DNA of 64,000 bases from a virus (Duplodnaviria; Caudoviricetes), in the IMG/VR virus record IMGVR_UViG_3300032893_000040, positions 1,637 to 65,636 of that record; one strand, given 5' to 3'. This document shows positions 24,864 through 34,517 of this stretch, piece after piece (within the stretch, counting starts at the first letter, position 1; the number at the start of each line of letters is the position of its first letter). Made by a program: the position numbers and the translations under genes. Under the pieces are notes generated by a model. The model was given only the letters and a program-made list of their open reading frames with translations. It had not been told where the DNA came from and did no database searches.

Positions 24864-27160
24864 AACCAGTCCGTGACATAGTAAGACAGGTTCGGGACAC
24901 GATCACCCAGACCACGCGCAACATGACGGCGTGGTACGACTCCAACTTCTACGGCGGGAAGGGAGAGATTCCCGGCGACTCGAAGGCGGAAGAAGGGGAC
25001 GTGCTCAATTTCGTCATCGCGCTCTGGAGAGAGTCCGAGGAGTGGAAGAAGAAGTCCTTCGGCGGAAGGATGAGCTACTGGAACCCGTACGAGTGGTTCA
25101 AGTTCGCCCGTCGCCTTGAGGAAGGGATGCATTGGGACGTGTGGGGGCGCAGGAATCAGGGCGAGAACGACAAGTGGAAGCAGGAACTCCGTGACCCGGA
25201 GATCGAAGATCAGGTCCGCCTCAAGAAGGCTCACCTCACGTCGAACTGGCATGACATCGACGTGATGCCCAACATCCGGGGCATGCAGGACATTCTTGAC
25301 CAGGAACGCCAGCGGACCAAGTGGGGCGAGCGAATCATCGCGTTCGTTCACCGCGGACTCACCGAGGGGATGGCAGTGTTCCACAGCGTCCTCGACAGAA
25401 CGCGCTACGTGGACGGGGTGGCGAGCGAGATACTGCTTGACAACGAATCGCTCTTCCCAACGCCCTTCTCCATGAGCAAGGAGAAGCTCGACGGATGCTG
25501 GTACCTCGCGATATCGACCTTCGTCCCGGAACAGCAGATTTTTGAGATGTACCCCAAGCTCCGCAAGCAGGAGGACAAAATCCGGTTCGAGTCCATGTCG
25601 GAGGACATTGCGCACTTCTCCCGGCTCTCGCTCGATCTCGAGTATACGGCCATCAAGGCGTTCACCCACACCCGGATGACACCGATGATCACGGTGTACC
25701 TCGATGACCCCGCGATCGAGCGTCCGGCAGTGGACCAGGAAGAGATCGCCCTCGAGCACCAGGCGATAGCGGAAGGTGCTCCGGTGGAAGCCCACAAGGA
25801 CAACAACCACAAGGCGCACGTCGAGGCTCACCTCGGCTTCATCAATTCGCTCGCGCAGGAAATAGAGGGCGCACAGAACGTGCAGGCTCAGGGTCCAATG
25901 CAGATGCCGGACGGGAGTCAGGGGCCGAACCTTCCCAACACCGGGCAGGGAGACGTACAGCGTATGATAGCCATGGCCGAACTTATGGTCTATCATGTGC
26001 AGGAACACGCCAAGATGATTCAGTCCGATCGGGCACGCGGAATCTCACCCGCCGAGAATCCGAAGTATCCGGCCGGCCGTAAGATCGTTGTGGCCGGAGG
26101 AATAGTGCTCGAGGATGAACCCGTGCGCGACGTGGAAGACTGGCGCGATCTCATCCACATCTGGTACTACGAGAAGCTCCCTTACTCCTTCTGGGGGCGC
26201 GGGGTTCCGGAGGTCCTCTACTACACGAACAAGGGCCTCGACACGATGCTTTCCCGTGATGCCGACATGGCGATCTCATCCGGGATGCAGAAGGCCTATT
26301 TCAACGAGGAGGACAAGGAGAACATCGACGAAGCGGCGTTCGACAACGACCCGCTCAAGCCGATCTTCGTCAAGCAGGCCCCGACCTTCCGTGGCGGTCA
26401 GGTGCCCCCCACCAACATGAGCATCTACAACCATCTCAAGGCCAGCGCGGCCAAGCAACTCGGGGTGAACGAAACTTCCTTCGGACAGTCGCCGGGGGCC
26501 AACACGTCCGCCGAGATGGTCAAGACCCTCCAGGCACAGAATCAGGTCATTCTCACCGGGGAACCCAACCAGCGGCTCTCGGACACCCTTGAGGGGGTGG
26601 TCAAGACCCGCATCCGCATGTGGAAGGAATACTACAAAGAACCGCGCACGTACTTCTTCCAGGGGGTGCCCAAGGCGATCAACGTCTCCAAGCTCGTTTC
26701 CGAATTCCAGATCAAGGATGAGCAGGGCAAGGTGCAGTCCAAGCCCGTCCCCGAGTTTCTGGTGACGGTCCGGCCGAACTCCAACTTCCCGCAGAGGTTC
26801 GAGTACAAGCTTCAGTTCCTCATGCAACTGGCCCGTACCCCCTCGCCGGACGGCCAGCCCTACGTGCCGCGTGAGGCGGTCCTCGACGTGCTCTCGGAGT
26901 TCGACCCGAGGCTCGGCCGCGAAGGCGAGTACTACAAGATGTCGGAAGCCCTCATGCTGGGCCTTCAGAAGATGGCTGACATGCAGAAGGCGCAGGCGGC
27001 GGACCTCAAAACCAAGCGGACCCTCATGGGCGCGGTCCGCAAGCGCGGCATCAAGGAACTCATGGGCGAGGGCGTGACCCAAAGCCAGCCTACGGGCGGG
27101 GCGGAGCCTGCCGCACCCCAGCTTGACCAAAATCCACATATCGATTCATCGCACACATAA
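24860..27160 (+). CDS. portal protein
   Basis: 766 aa directly after TerL; SFWGRGVPE, LGVNETSFG; Gln/Pro-rich tail typical of P22-like portals. Confidence 0.82.
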   Translation: MKPVRDIVRQVRDTITQTTRNMTAWYDSNFYGGKGEIPGDSKAEEGDVLNFVIALWRESEEWKKKSFGGRMSYWNPYEWFKFARRLEEGMHWDVWGRRNQGENDKWKQELRDPEIEDQVRLKKAHLTSNWHDIDVMPNIRGMQDILDQERQRTKWGERIIAFVHRGLTEGMAVFHSVLDRTRYVDGVASEILLDNESLFPTPFSMSKEKLDGCWYLAISTFVPEQQIFEMYPKLRKQEDKIRFESMSEDIAHFSRLSLDLEYTAIKAFTHTRMTPMITVYLDDPAIERPAVDQEEIALEHQAIAEGAPVEAHKDNNHKAHVEAHLGFINSLAQEIEGAQNVQAQGPMQMPDGSQGPNLPNTGQGDVQRMIAMAELMVYHVQEHAKMIQSDRARGISPAENPKYPAGRKIVVAGGIVLEDEPVRDVEDWRDLIHIWYYEKLPYSFWGRGVPEVLYYTNKGLDTMLSRDADMAISSGMQKAYFNEEDKENIDEAAFDNDPLKPIFVKQAPTFRGGQVPPTNMSIYNHLKASAAKQLGVNETSFGQSPGANTSAEMVKTLQAQNQVILTGEPNQRLSDTLEGVVKTRIRMWKEYYKEPRTYFFQGVPKAINVSKLVSEFQIKDEQGKVQSKPVPEFLVTVRPNSNFPQRFEYKLQFLMQLARTPSPDGQPYVPREAVLDVLSEFDPRLGREGEYYKMSEALMLGLQKMADMQKAQAADLKTKRTLMGAVRKRGIKELMGEGVTQSQPTGGAEPAAPQLDQNPHIDSSHT

Positions 27161-27175
27161 AAAAGAGGTAATCGC

Positions 27176-27553
27176 ATGGCAGACGAGCAGGAAGAGACAG
27201 GGGCAGTGATCGATACCCCGGCTGACCTCGCACCGGAAGTGACCCAAGCTCCCCCTCCGGAACCCCCGGCCGAACCGCCTCCTCCGGAACCCACGGTTGA
27301 GGAGAAGCTGACGCGCCTCACCAAGGCGGAGCTGGTTTCCAGGGTGATCGAGCTGACCGGCAAGATTCCCGGACCGGACAAGCTGGTGGTGAATCGCTTT
27401 CCGTTCTACAAGCTCCTTCAGGCGATGGTCCAGAATCAGCTCGGACAGAGCCACATGGGGCACGCGGCGATCGCCAAGTTCCGGGACATCATGGGTTATG
27501 GTTCCTTCGCCGAGGCCCAGGCCGAGTGGGACAAGATTCGTCCCCTTCTCTGA
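27176..27553 (+). CDS. hypothetical protein
   Basis: GAGGT RBS; Pro/Glu-rich N-terminus. Confidence 0.7.
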   Translation: MADEQEETGAVIDTPADLAPEVTQAPPPEPPAEPPPPEPTVEEKLTRLTKAELVSRVIELTGKIPGPDKLVVNRFPFYKLLQAMVQNQLGQSHMGHAAIAKFRDIMGYGSFAEAQAEWDKIRPLL

Positions 27554-27563
27554 GAGGTGACCG

Positions 27564-27920
27564 ATGAAAATCAGGATGAAAAGCTTCGGGCACAAGGTCG
27601 GTCCCTACAAGGTGCCCGAAATCCAGAAGGGCGGCGACAAGGTGAGTTATCCGACCCTGCACCTCTCGAGTCGCCATGCCGGGGACCTTTCCCACCATCA
27701 GCGGGGGGACAGTGTAGTGCTGATGTTCAAGGGCAAGGTGGCCGGGACCCGAGACGTGGACACCGAATACGAGTCCGGGCAGGAGGTGACGTTTCACCTT
27801 ACCCACGGCCACATCCAGACCGAGCGCGAGATGAAAAAGACTCCGACTCCGCGCTCGACACATGATGCGGCGGTTCAGGCAATCCGGGCCATCCATGCAT
27901 CGAAAGGCAAGGAAGCATGA
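27564..27920 (+). CDS. hypothetical protein
   Basis: GAGGTG RBS. Confidence 0.65.
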   Translation: MKIRMKSFGHKVGPYKVPEIQKGGDKVSYPTLHLSSRHAGDLSHHQRGDSVVLMFKGKVAGTRDVDTEYESGQEVTFHLTHGHIQTEREMKKTPTPRSTHDAAVQAIRAIHASKGKEA

Positions 27921-28228
27921 CACACGCTGACGTGGTAAAACACGGAGAGGGGAAGGACTTTTCCAAAGTGACGATGATCGAGTACATTCGTGCGGCCCAT
28001 GAGAAGGACCCGAACTCGATTTTCCGGTTCGACTTCGTGAATCATGACAGTCTCCTTGCCAAGGTGGCCCAGGTCGGGGCCGACTGGCTCGAACTCCATC
28101 CCCACAAGCGCAACCTGCTCAAGTACAATGTGGCCCACATCCTCTCCTTCCAGGATGTGACCGGCGACAAGAGCTACGAGTGGAAGGACTGGACTGCGGG
28201 GCGCAAGGAAGAAATCAAACAGACCTGA
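27917..28228 (+). CDS. hypothetical protein
   Basis: ATGA overlap. Confidence 0.65.
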   Translation: MTHADVVKHGEGKDFSKVTMIEYIRAAHEKDPNSIFRFDFVNHDSLLAKVAQVGADWLELHPHKRNLLKYNVAHILSFQDVTGDKSYEWKDWTAGRKEEIKQT

Positions 28229-28239
28229 TGGAGGGCAAG

Positions 28240-28398
28240 ATGCCAAAAGCCGTGCACGATGCGCTGGCCAAGGTGGCCGCCAAGTACATGAAGAAGGGCA
28301 AGCTCAAGAGGAAGAAGGGCGAGTCCGCGAAACGGGCCAAGGACCGATTCATCTACGGTACCATGGCCAACATGAGGAAACGGGGCGAGATCGAGTAA
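28240..28398 (+). CDS. small very basic protein
   Basis: MPKAVHDAL..AKDRFIYGTM; GGAGG RBS. Confidence 0.65.
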   Translation: MPKAVHDALAKVAAKYMKKGKLKRKKGESAKRAKDRFIYGTMANMRKRGEIE

Positions 28399-28817
28399 TG
28401 GAAATCCACATCAAGAAAAACAGGACGGTGCGGGTGGACCCCAAGCACCCGCAGACTCACCCCGGATACCGGGACGCGCTCCGGGTAGGGAAGGAAAATC
28501 TCTCCCGGATGACTTTCGAGAATGAGGCGGCGAAACGGGATTACATGAAGCGTGTCGCCGCTAACCCGAATAACGTTCCCGGAATACCGGATTTCTACCC
28601 ACCGCTCAAGATTCCGCCGATGGCGGTTCCTGTGGGCGAGACCATTCCGGAGGACGTGCGGACCCGGATGAACATCACTTCCGCGCTCTACGTGGACGGA
28701 GAGATGTACTGTGAGGTCTGTTCTTCGGTTACCACCCACGCGTTCAGTCCGAACCAGACTTTTTGCAAAAAGTGCGGCACATCAAAACCATACAGGAGGA
28801 GGGCATTAGCATCATGA
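28398..28817 (+). CDS. Zn-ribbon protein
   Basis: CEVC...CKKC; TAATG coupling. Confidence 0.65.
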   Translation: MEIHIKKNRTVRVDPKHPQTHPGYRDALRVGKENLSRMTFENEAAKRDYMKRVAANPNNVPGIPDFYPPLKIPPMAVPVGETIPEDVRTRMNITSALYVDGEMYCEVCSSVTTHAFSPNQTFCKKCGTSKPYRRRALAS

Positions 28818-29086
28818 ATTTCATTATCTGTCACGGATACGCCCACAGGTACAACACTGCGGGTGTGATGGAATCGGCCAAGGTCGTCATATTCGACGGC
28901 TCGATCGCATTCCAGGAAGAGTTCATGCAGAGGACACCGGAAAGCATGGACCTCACCGGAGGGGACTACTCCGAGATCGAGGCCACGATTTCCCGGTTCT
29001 CTTTCATCTTTCAGGACGGACAGCGGCGTACCCCGGTGCAGGACAAGAAGTACGCCCAACCCAAAAACGAAGTTGTAACAAGGTAG
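28814..29086 (+). CDS. hypothetical protein
   Basis: ATGA overlap; upstream AGGAGG. Confidence 0.55.
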   Translation: MNFIICHGYAHRYNTAGVMESAKVVIFDGSIAFQEEFMQRTPESMDLTGGDYSEIEATISRFSFIFQDGQRRTPVQDKKYAQPKNEVVTR

Positions 29087-29140
29087 CGCGTACTAACGCC
29101 TGCCATATTCATTCATCAAAAAAGAAAGGAGCGCATACTA

Positions 29141-30196
29141 ATGCCTCCTGAGAGACTTCCAAACATTGACCCCGCAACGGGGCAGGTTGTTGCAGATGCC
29201 GCTGGCGATGCCAACGCAGGCGGTGCGGGTGCACCAGCATCCGACGATTCCGGGGGGACACCCCAGAATGAAAATGGCGGAGCAGGAGCAGGGAACGATG
29301 GAAGTACGGGCGATGGCGGGGCCGCAGGCGGTGAAGGCGGCGGGACCGAGGTCGTGGACTTCAGCGTTGATGCGATCATCAAAACCAAGGACGGGTTCGT
29401 GTGGAAGGTTGACCCCGACGATCCCAAGTCCATGGTGTACAAGGGAAGGACGCTTCAGGAACTCTTCCAGAACGCGGCAAAGGGCATCAAGGAAAAGGAC
29501 ACGTACATCTCCGAGCTGAAGGCCGCGAGGCCCAAGCTGACGGACAGGGTTACGCGTCTGCCGCAGGAGGACGAAGAGGCGGTCGAATTCCCTCAGTTCG
29601 GTCAGGTGCTCGTTGCGGAAGCCCAGAAGTTCGGCATCCAGGATGTTGCAATGCTTGGATGGGGTGATGCCGAGTGGGACAAGTACGCGGAGGAGCACGG
29701 CGACCGTGCGGCGAGAAGGCTGGAAGATCGAGTCAATCAGGTCAAGGCATCGGCCAAAGGTACGTACGACAGGGAGAACGCGATCGCGCTCAACAACTAC
29801 GGACTCCGAGAGGAAACGTCCGTGGTTCAGGACCTGCTCGATGCAGCCGGGATTGCGGCTGATGACCCTGCATTTGACTACGACGCGATTCTCCGGAAGG
29901 TGTTCGGTGACAAGTCGAACACGCTTCCCAACGGGGTGCTCAAGAACGGGCGAATCGTCGCTGAAGCGGCCAAGGTGATCAATACCCTGGCCGTCAAGAG
30001 GGCGAAGGAGTCCGGGAAGGTGCAGACCGAGGAAGAGATCGCCGCCGAGCGCGAGAACAAGAACGCACGACTCAGAAACCGCGGAGTTCCTGCTGGAGGT
30101 CCGGGCGGCAAACGGGCCGATCAGCACCAGCAGAAGCCCGCGAAGTCCATGGCCGAGGCCCTTGCCAGGGCCAAGGCGCAATTTCTCAAGCCATAA
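29141..30196 (+). CDS. capsid scaffolding protein
   Basis: Acidic Gly-rich disordered N-terminus, helical body, SMAEALARAKAQF end; immediately before the capsid gene. Confidence 0.72.
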   Translation: MPPERLPNIDPATGQVVADAAGDANAGGAGAPASDDSGGTPQNENGGAGAGNDGSTGDGGAAGGEGGGTEVVDFSVDAIIKTKDGFVWKVDPDDPKSMVYKGRTLQELFQNAAKGIKEKDTYISELKAARPKLTDRVTRLPQEDEEAVEFPQFGQVLVAEAQKFGIQDVAMLGWGDAEWDKYAEEHGDRAARRLEDRVNQVKASAKGTYDRENAIALNNYGLREETSVVQDLLDAAGIAADDPAFDYDAILRKVFGDKSNTLPNGVLKNGRIVAEAAKVINTLAVKRAKESGKVQTEEEIAAERENKNARLRNRGVPAGGPGGKRADQHQQKPAKSMAEALARAKAQFLKP

Positions 30197-30215
30197 TCAA
30201 CGACGGAGGTAGGAA

Positions 30216-31217
30216 ATGCCAGGTTCAGGTGGTCTCGACACCACATTTCTCAACAACGTCACACGAGCGCACTTCATTCCGACGCTCCAGAACATTCTCT
30301 ACAACCAGAGCCCGCTCTTCAACAGGCTCTTCGTTGCTGGGCGCGTTCAGACGTTCGTTGGGACGGCCCTTCAGTGGGACGTGGTGATCAAGAAACATGC
30401 GGCGGTGGGCCGCTTCACGGGTTACGACGTGTTCGCCAACCAGCCGATCAACCCCACGGTTCAGGCACAGCTCCCGGAAGGCGCGTATTACGCCGCGCTT
30501 GCGATCTCCGGAACAGAGAAGCGCAAGAACCAGGGTTCGATGGAGAAGCTCCTCGACGCTCTGAAGGTCCAGAACGACAACGCCGTGAGCACGCTGAAGG
30601 ACGTGATGTACACCGACGCGTACTCGGACGGTTCGCTCGTTGGGGGCAAGCAGGGTCTGGTCGGCCTCAAGAACGCGGTGGACGACGGCGTAGTGAGCGG
30701 CATTGCCACATACGCCAACATCGACCGCACGGTTGCGGCCAATGCCTCGTGGAAGGCGAACGTGGACGGCGGTGCTCATCCGGCCGCCAACCTCAAGGAC
30801 CCGACGACGGCGGACTATCTGCCCTCGCTCATGCGCACGGGCTACACGAACTCCACGCATGAGCACGGTCCGGACATCATCTTCACGACGAAGACGATCT
30901 ACAACATCTACCAGGACATTGCGGGAATCACGAACCTCCGCTTTGACCAGGAAGTTGCGGACCTCGGCTTCGGTGGGGTGAAGTTCCAGAACGTCACGAT
31001 GGCGTTCGACGACTTCTGCACGGACAAGTACCTCTACGAGCTGAACCTCAGGGACTGGGACGTGTGGGTGTTCTCGGGTGCCAACTTCGACATGCCGGAG
31101 GAAGGGTGGATGCGTCCGCCGAATCAGGACGCGTACATCACCCAGATCATCTGGCAGGGGCAGATGCGGCTCAACAGCCCGTGGCATCAGCAGAAATTCA
31201 CGCAGATCGGGACCTAA
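30216..31217 (+). CDS. major capsid protein
   Basis: 333 aa, strong codon bias; YANIDR...W, PDIIFTT, LGFGGVKF pattern; follows scaffold. Confidence 0.88.
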   Translation: MPGSGGLDTTFLNNVTRAHFIPTLQNILYNQSPLFNRLFVAGRVQTFVGTALQWDVVIKKHAAVGRFTGYDVFANQPINPTVQAQLPEGAYYAALAISGTEKRKNQGSMEKLLDALKVQNDNAVSTLKDVMYTDAYSDGSLVGGKQGLVGLKNAVDDGVVSGIATYANIDRTVAANASWKANVDGGAHPAANLKDPTTADYLPSLMRTGYTNSTHEHGPDIIFTTKTIYNIYQDIAGITNLRFDQEVADLGFGGVKFQNVTMAFDDFCTDKYLYELNLRDWDVWVFSGANFDMPEEGWMRPPNQDAYITQIIWQGQMRLNSPWHQQKFTQIGT

Positions 31218-31274
31218 AGTCCCGAAGATCGGCTGTACGTAATTAACATGTATCACTGACAAGGAGCTACATCT

Positions 31275-31757
31275 GTGGCCGACGCAATCATCCAGAACTA
31301 CGTAGGGCCAGGGGCACCGGAAGTCATCTACGAAGGCTACGATGTTTACATCAAGGTCTTCAATGAGACGGGTGCCGCACTGACGGAGGGCCAGGTCGTC
31401 AAGGTGAGTCCCGCGAGTTCAACCTCCGGGCAATACCCTTCGGCGGTCCAGCCGACAACGAACGCCGCCGTGATTCACATCATCGGCGTGGTCAACAACG
31501 GCAAGCTGGGGGTCTCCAGCATCGCCAACCTCACCTGGGGATTCGTGCAGATTCAGGGGTACTGCCCGAAGATCGCCACGGCGGGTGCGGTGACGACGGT
31601 GGACCACCAGCTTATCACGACAAACGCATCCTACAACGCGACTTCTTCAGGTGCGACGACCGAAACGACCGCTTCATTCGCTTCGGCCAAGAGCACGGTC
31701 GGCGGTGCAGGGTTCGTCTCCGGGTGGCTCACCGGACGTTTGATCGCGATGACGTAA
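31275..31757 (+). CDS. capsid decoration/cement protein
   Basis: NETGAALTEGQVV..IIGVV..GFVQIQG beta-rich pattern after the capsid gene. Confidence 0.7.
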   Translation: MADAIIQNYVGPGAPEVIYEGYDVYIKVFNETGAALTEGQVVKVSPASSTSGQYPSAVQPTTNAAVIHIIGVVNNGKLGVSSIANLTWGFVQIQGYCPKIATAGAVTTVDHQLITTNASYNATSSGATTETTASFASAKSTVGGAGFVSGWLTGRLIAMT

Positions 31758-31766
31758 GCAGGAGGC

Positions 31767-31861
31767 AAGGGTGCCCCGAGGGACGTAGGGAGCCTAGTGG
31801 GTGGGTTCCCCGCCTCACCTCCTGTGGGCGGCGTGGACGTACCCGAGGGGCACCTTTTATT
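31767..31861 (+). other. three-way-junction RNA structure followed by a U-tract
   Basis: Outer GGTGCCCC/GGGGCACC, then ACGT/ACGT, two inner hairpins, then TTTTATT. Confidence 0.5.
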
Positions 31862-31883
31862 CATCAAACCAAAAGAGGAAAAC

Positions 31884-32315
31884 GTGAAATACATCAAGAA
31901 GTGGGCTTCGATGCTCACCGTCGCGATTCTCGTCGTCACACTCTGCGTGCTCGTCACCCAGCAGTATGACATCCAGATCGCGAAGTCCCAGGCCCTGCCG
32001 TTCTTCTGGACGCTCAAAATCTCGACCAAGATCGTCGGCACGTCCAACTGGCGAGGCCAGCATTCCTTTGCGTGGCGCGGTGCCCCGACTCAGGCACTCT
32101 ACGACACCGTGTACGTGAAGGGGACGCTTCCCACCGACTACGTATTCGTTCAGCGAACCCGGTCCCGGAGCACCCCTGCCGTGTTCACCGAGGTGAACCA
32201 GCTCAAGGGTTACACTACTGGGATTTACGGAATTGCCTCGACCGATACAATTTATGTGTCGAGGCAGGACACGCTGGTTGCGGATTCGCTTTACAATTAC
32301 ATGGTCATCAGATAA
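31884..32315 (+). CDS. protein with N-terminal signal/TM segment
   Basis: MKYIKKWASMLTVAILVVTLCVLVT; GTG start with GAGG RBS. Confidence 0.65.
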   Translation: MKYIKKWASMLTVAILVVTLCVLVTQQYDIQIAKSQALPFFWTLKISTKIVGTSNWRGQHSFAWRGAPTQALYDTVYVKGTLPTDYVFVQRTRSRSTPAVFTEVNQLKGYTTGIYGIASTDTIYVSRQDTLVADSLYNYMVIR

Positions 32316-32330
32316 CAAGGGAGAGCAACC

Positions 32331-32729
32331 ATGAAACGCACGTCTCTGTTGGTTGCTCTCCTGTTTATCCTTTCCGCTGGGGCGAGCGCACAGTGGAACA
32401 CGATATACACGGAGAACAGCCAGAACAGGTACAAGCACTACTCGGCGGCGACTGCGGCCAACGGGGATACCGTGGTCAATCTGGTGGCCGCTCAGAGGTC
32501 GGATACGGCCGCTCATCCCTTCCTCGTTGGCATTGTGATGAACGCGATGGTCAACAGCGCGTCGTACACGGTTCTTGACGGGGGCACCACCGTCGCGGCC
32601 GCTACCTTCCCGTCAACCGCACTTACGTATCCGGTGTACATTCCTTACAACGTCAAGCTACAAACGTCGTTGGTGTTGAAGATTGTCGGTGCCAACGACG
32701 TAACGCTCATTTACAGACTATGGCGTTAA
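32331..32729 (+). CDS. Sec signal-peptide protein, beta-rich
   Basis: MKRTSLLVALLFILSAGASA|QW. Confidence 0.7.
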   Translation: MKRTSLLVALLFILSAGASAQWNTIYTENSQNRYKHYSAATAANGDTVVNLVAAQRSDTAAHPFLVGIVMNAMVNSASYTVLDGGTTVAAATFPSTALTYPVYIPYNVKLQTSLVLKIVGANDVTLIYRLWR

Positions 32730-32742
32730 CTGGAGGAGTGAT

Positions 32743-33882
32743 ATGCCGGACCTTTTTGGAAAGGTCGCGTATTCAGACCTGATCGACGACATCCGGGGCG
32801 CGTCTCCCAATGAAGCCGACATAGCGGGCTGGGACGACCACCGCCTGAAGATGTTCATCCTTCAGGCCCAGGAACGAATCTGTCAGATGGCCAAAGTGGA
32901 GGACCAGTGGGTTCTCTACCTCAAAACGGGTTTCTCGCAGTTCAACTACACCGAGAACCCGTACATCACTGGCGCGTCTGCGGCTTCGCCCATCGTAATG
33001 CAGACCGTCTCTCCCCACAATCTCAATCAAGGGGACACCATCCGTCAGATGCGGGTGGCCGGGGTTCCCGGAGCGAACGGGCAGTTCCAGGTCTATCAAG
33101 TCATTTCCCCGACCTCGTACTCGATCTACAATTACGAGGTGATCACCGGGGCGACCAACGCTTCCCCTATCGTCATCAACGATACCGCTCACCCGTTTAA
33201 CACGGGCGACACGGTTACGATTGCCGGGGTTCTCGGTAATCTGGCGGCGAATGGGACGTGGGTTATAACGGTCGTTGATCAGGACCATTACTCACTCAAC
33301 GGTTCGACCGGGAACGGCACCTATACGGGCGGCGGAAGCGCGACACGCATTACGAACGGAACTGGCACCACCTACGTTGGGCCGAGCGGTCAGTATTACC
33401 GCTTCAACGAGATTCCGGACATGTTCCGGGATTTCAAGGTGGGAAGGATGCTCGTCAACAACTTCCTGCAGGAGTTCCGGTACGTGGACCCCGCCAATTT
33501 GGTCGATCTCCAGGTCCGGGACAACATATTCCTCCTCGGGCAAGCGGCAACCTACATTTATCCGGTTCGGGGCATGACCACCAACCGGGACACCCACAGG
33601 CAGTTCGTGGTTTACCCGGTCCCGGTTGTTGATATCTATCTTACCGGATACGGCACCATCCACATCAACGCCCGGACCTACGCCAACGACAATCTCGGGG
33701 CCAGTATCCACCTCTCGGCCAAGTGGCATGAGGCGATCAAGAAGTTCGTCGAGTACCGTGTTGAGGACAAGCTGGGTCACAAGAAGGATGCGCAGGTGAG
33801 GTACAAGGAATTCCTGATTGAGGCAGACATCGAACGCAAGAATCGTCAGATTCACCCACAGATGAGGATAACGTACGAATGA
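32743..33882 (+). CDS. head-tail adaptor-like protein with two inserted beta repeats
   Basis: Helical N/C termini (AQERIC, WHEAIKKFVEYR); ITGA..ASPIV..H..GD..GV.G..ANG twice. Confidence 0.62.
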   Translation: MPDLFGKVAYSDLIDDIRGASPNEADIAGWDDHRLKMFILQAQERICQMAKVEDQWVLYLKTGFSQFNYTENPYITGASAASPIVMQTVSPHNLNQGDTIRQMRVAGVPGANGQFQVYQVISPTSYSIYNYEVITGATNASPIVINDTAHPFNTGDTVTIAGVLGNLAANGTWVITVVDQDHYSLNGSTGNGTYTGGGSATRITNGTGTTYVGPSGQYYRFNEIPDMFRDFKVGRMLVNNFLQEFRYVDPANLVDLQVRDNIFLLGQAATYIYPVRGMTTNRDTHRQFVVYPVPVVDIYLTGYGTIHINARTYANDNLGASIHLSAKWHEAIKKFVEYRVEDKLGHKKDAQVRYKEFLIEADIERKNRQIHPQMRITYE

Positions 33883-34517
33883 GCACAGTCCAGGCACAGA
33901 TGGGGAGGCTCGCCCAGCGGATTGACCCCGTTACCCCTGCTGGAGTGTCCATCACTGCGGCCAACGTTGGGACCGTGGATGGGAGATTCAACCGGAATCG
34001 CCTTCTCGACATCTACAACGAAGCGAGAATGGCGTTGGCTAATGTCATTCAGCAGAAGCTCGACCCCGTATACCGGCGTGAGGCCGTGGCCAACAACGTG
34101 CTCACGGCGACCCTGACGTTTGCTTCCGGGGTAGCGAACAAGCCAGCCGGGTACGTGAGCACGTTCCTGTTGAAATCGAACGCGGGTCAGATAATTACGG
34201 TACTGCCCGTGGCCCTCGAGTATGCGACCAAATCGAGAGACGGAGTTAACAATCCGCTCGTCTACGAGAAATCAATCACGTTGGCCTCGGTCAATGGAAA
34301 TCTGTACGTTCCGGACGCGAACAACTACGTGCTCGAGTATTTCGGAGTGTCGTATTTCGCCCTCTCGGACGTGACGGGCGGCGTGACCCTGGAAACCTTC
34401 AACCAGATATGGGAGCCGACGATTCTCGAGCTTGCCCAGGCTATCGCCCTTGAGCAGGGCATAGTCAACGTCATGGCACTTGCCGATTCCTTGATCGGCG
34501 GAGGGAAACAACAGTAA
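33879..34517 (+). CDS. adaptor / tail tubular protein A-like
   Basis: LLDIYNEAR..KPAGY..ILELA pattern; position. Confidence 0.55.
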   Translation: MSTVQAQMGRLAQRIDPVTPAGVSITAANVGTVDGRFNRNRLLDIYNEARMALANVIQQKLDPVYRREAVANNVLTATLTFASGVANKPAGYVSTFLLKSNAGQIITVLPVALEYATKSRDGVNNPLVYEKSITLASVNGNLYVPDANNYVLEYFGVSYFALSDVTGGVTLETFNQIWEPTILELAQAIALEQGIVNVMALADSLIGGGKQQ

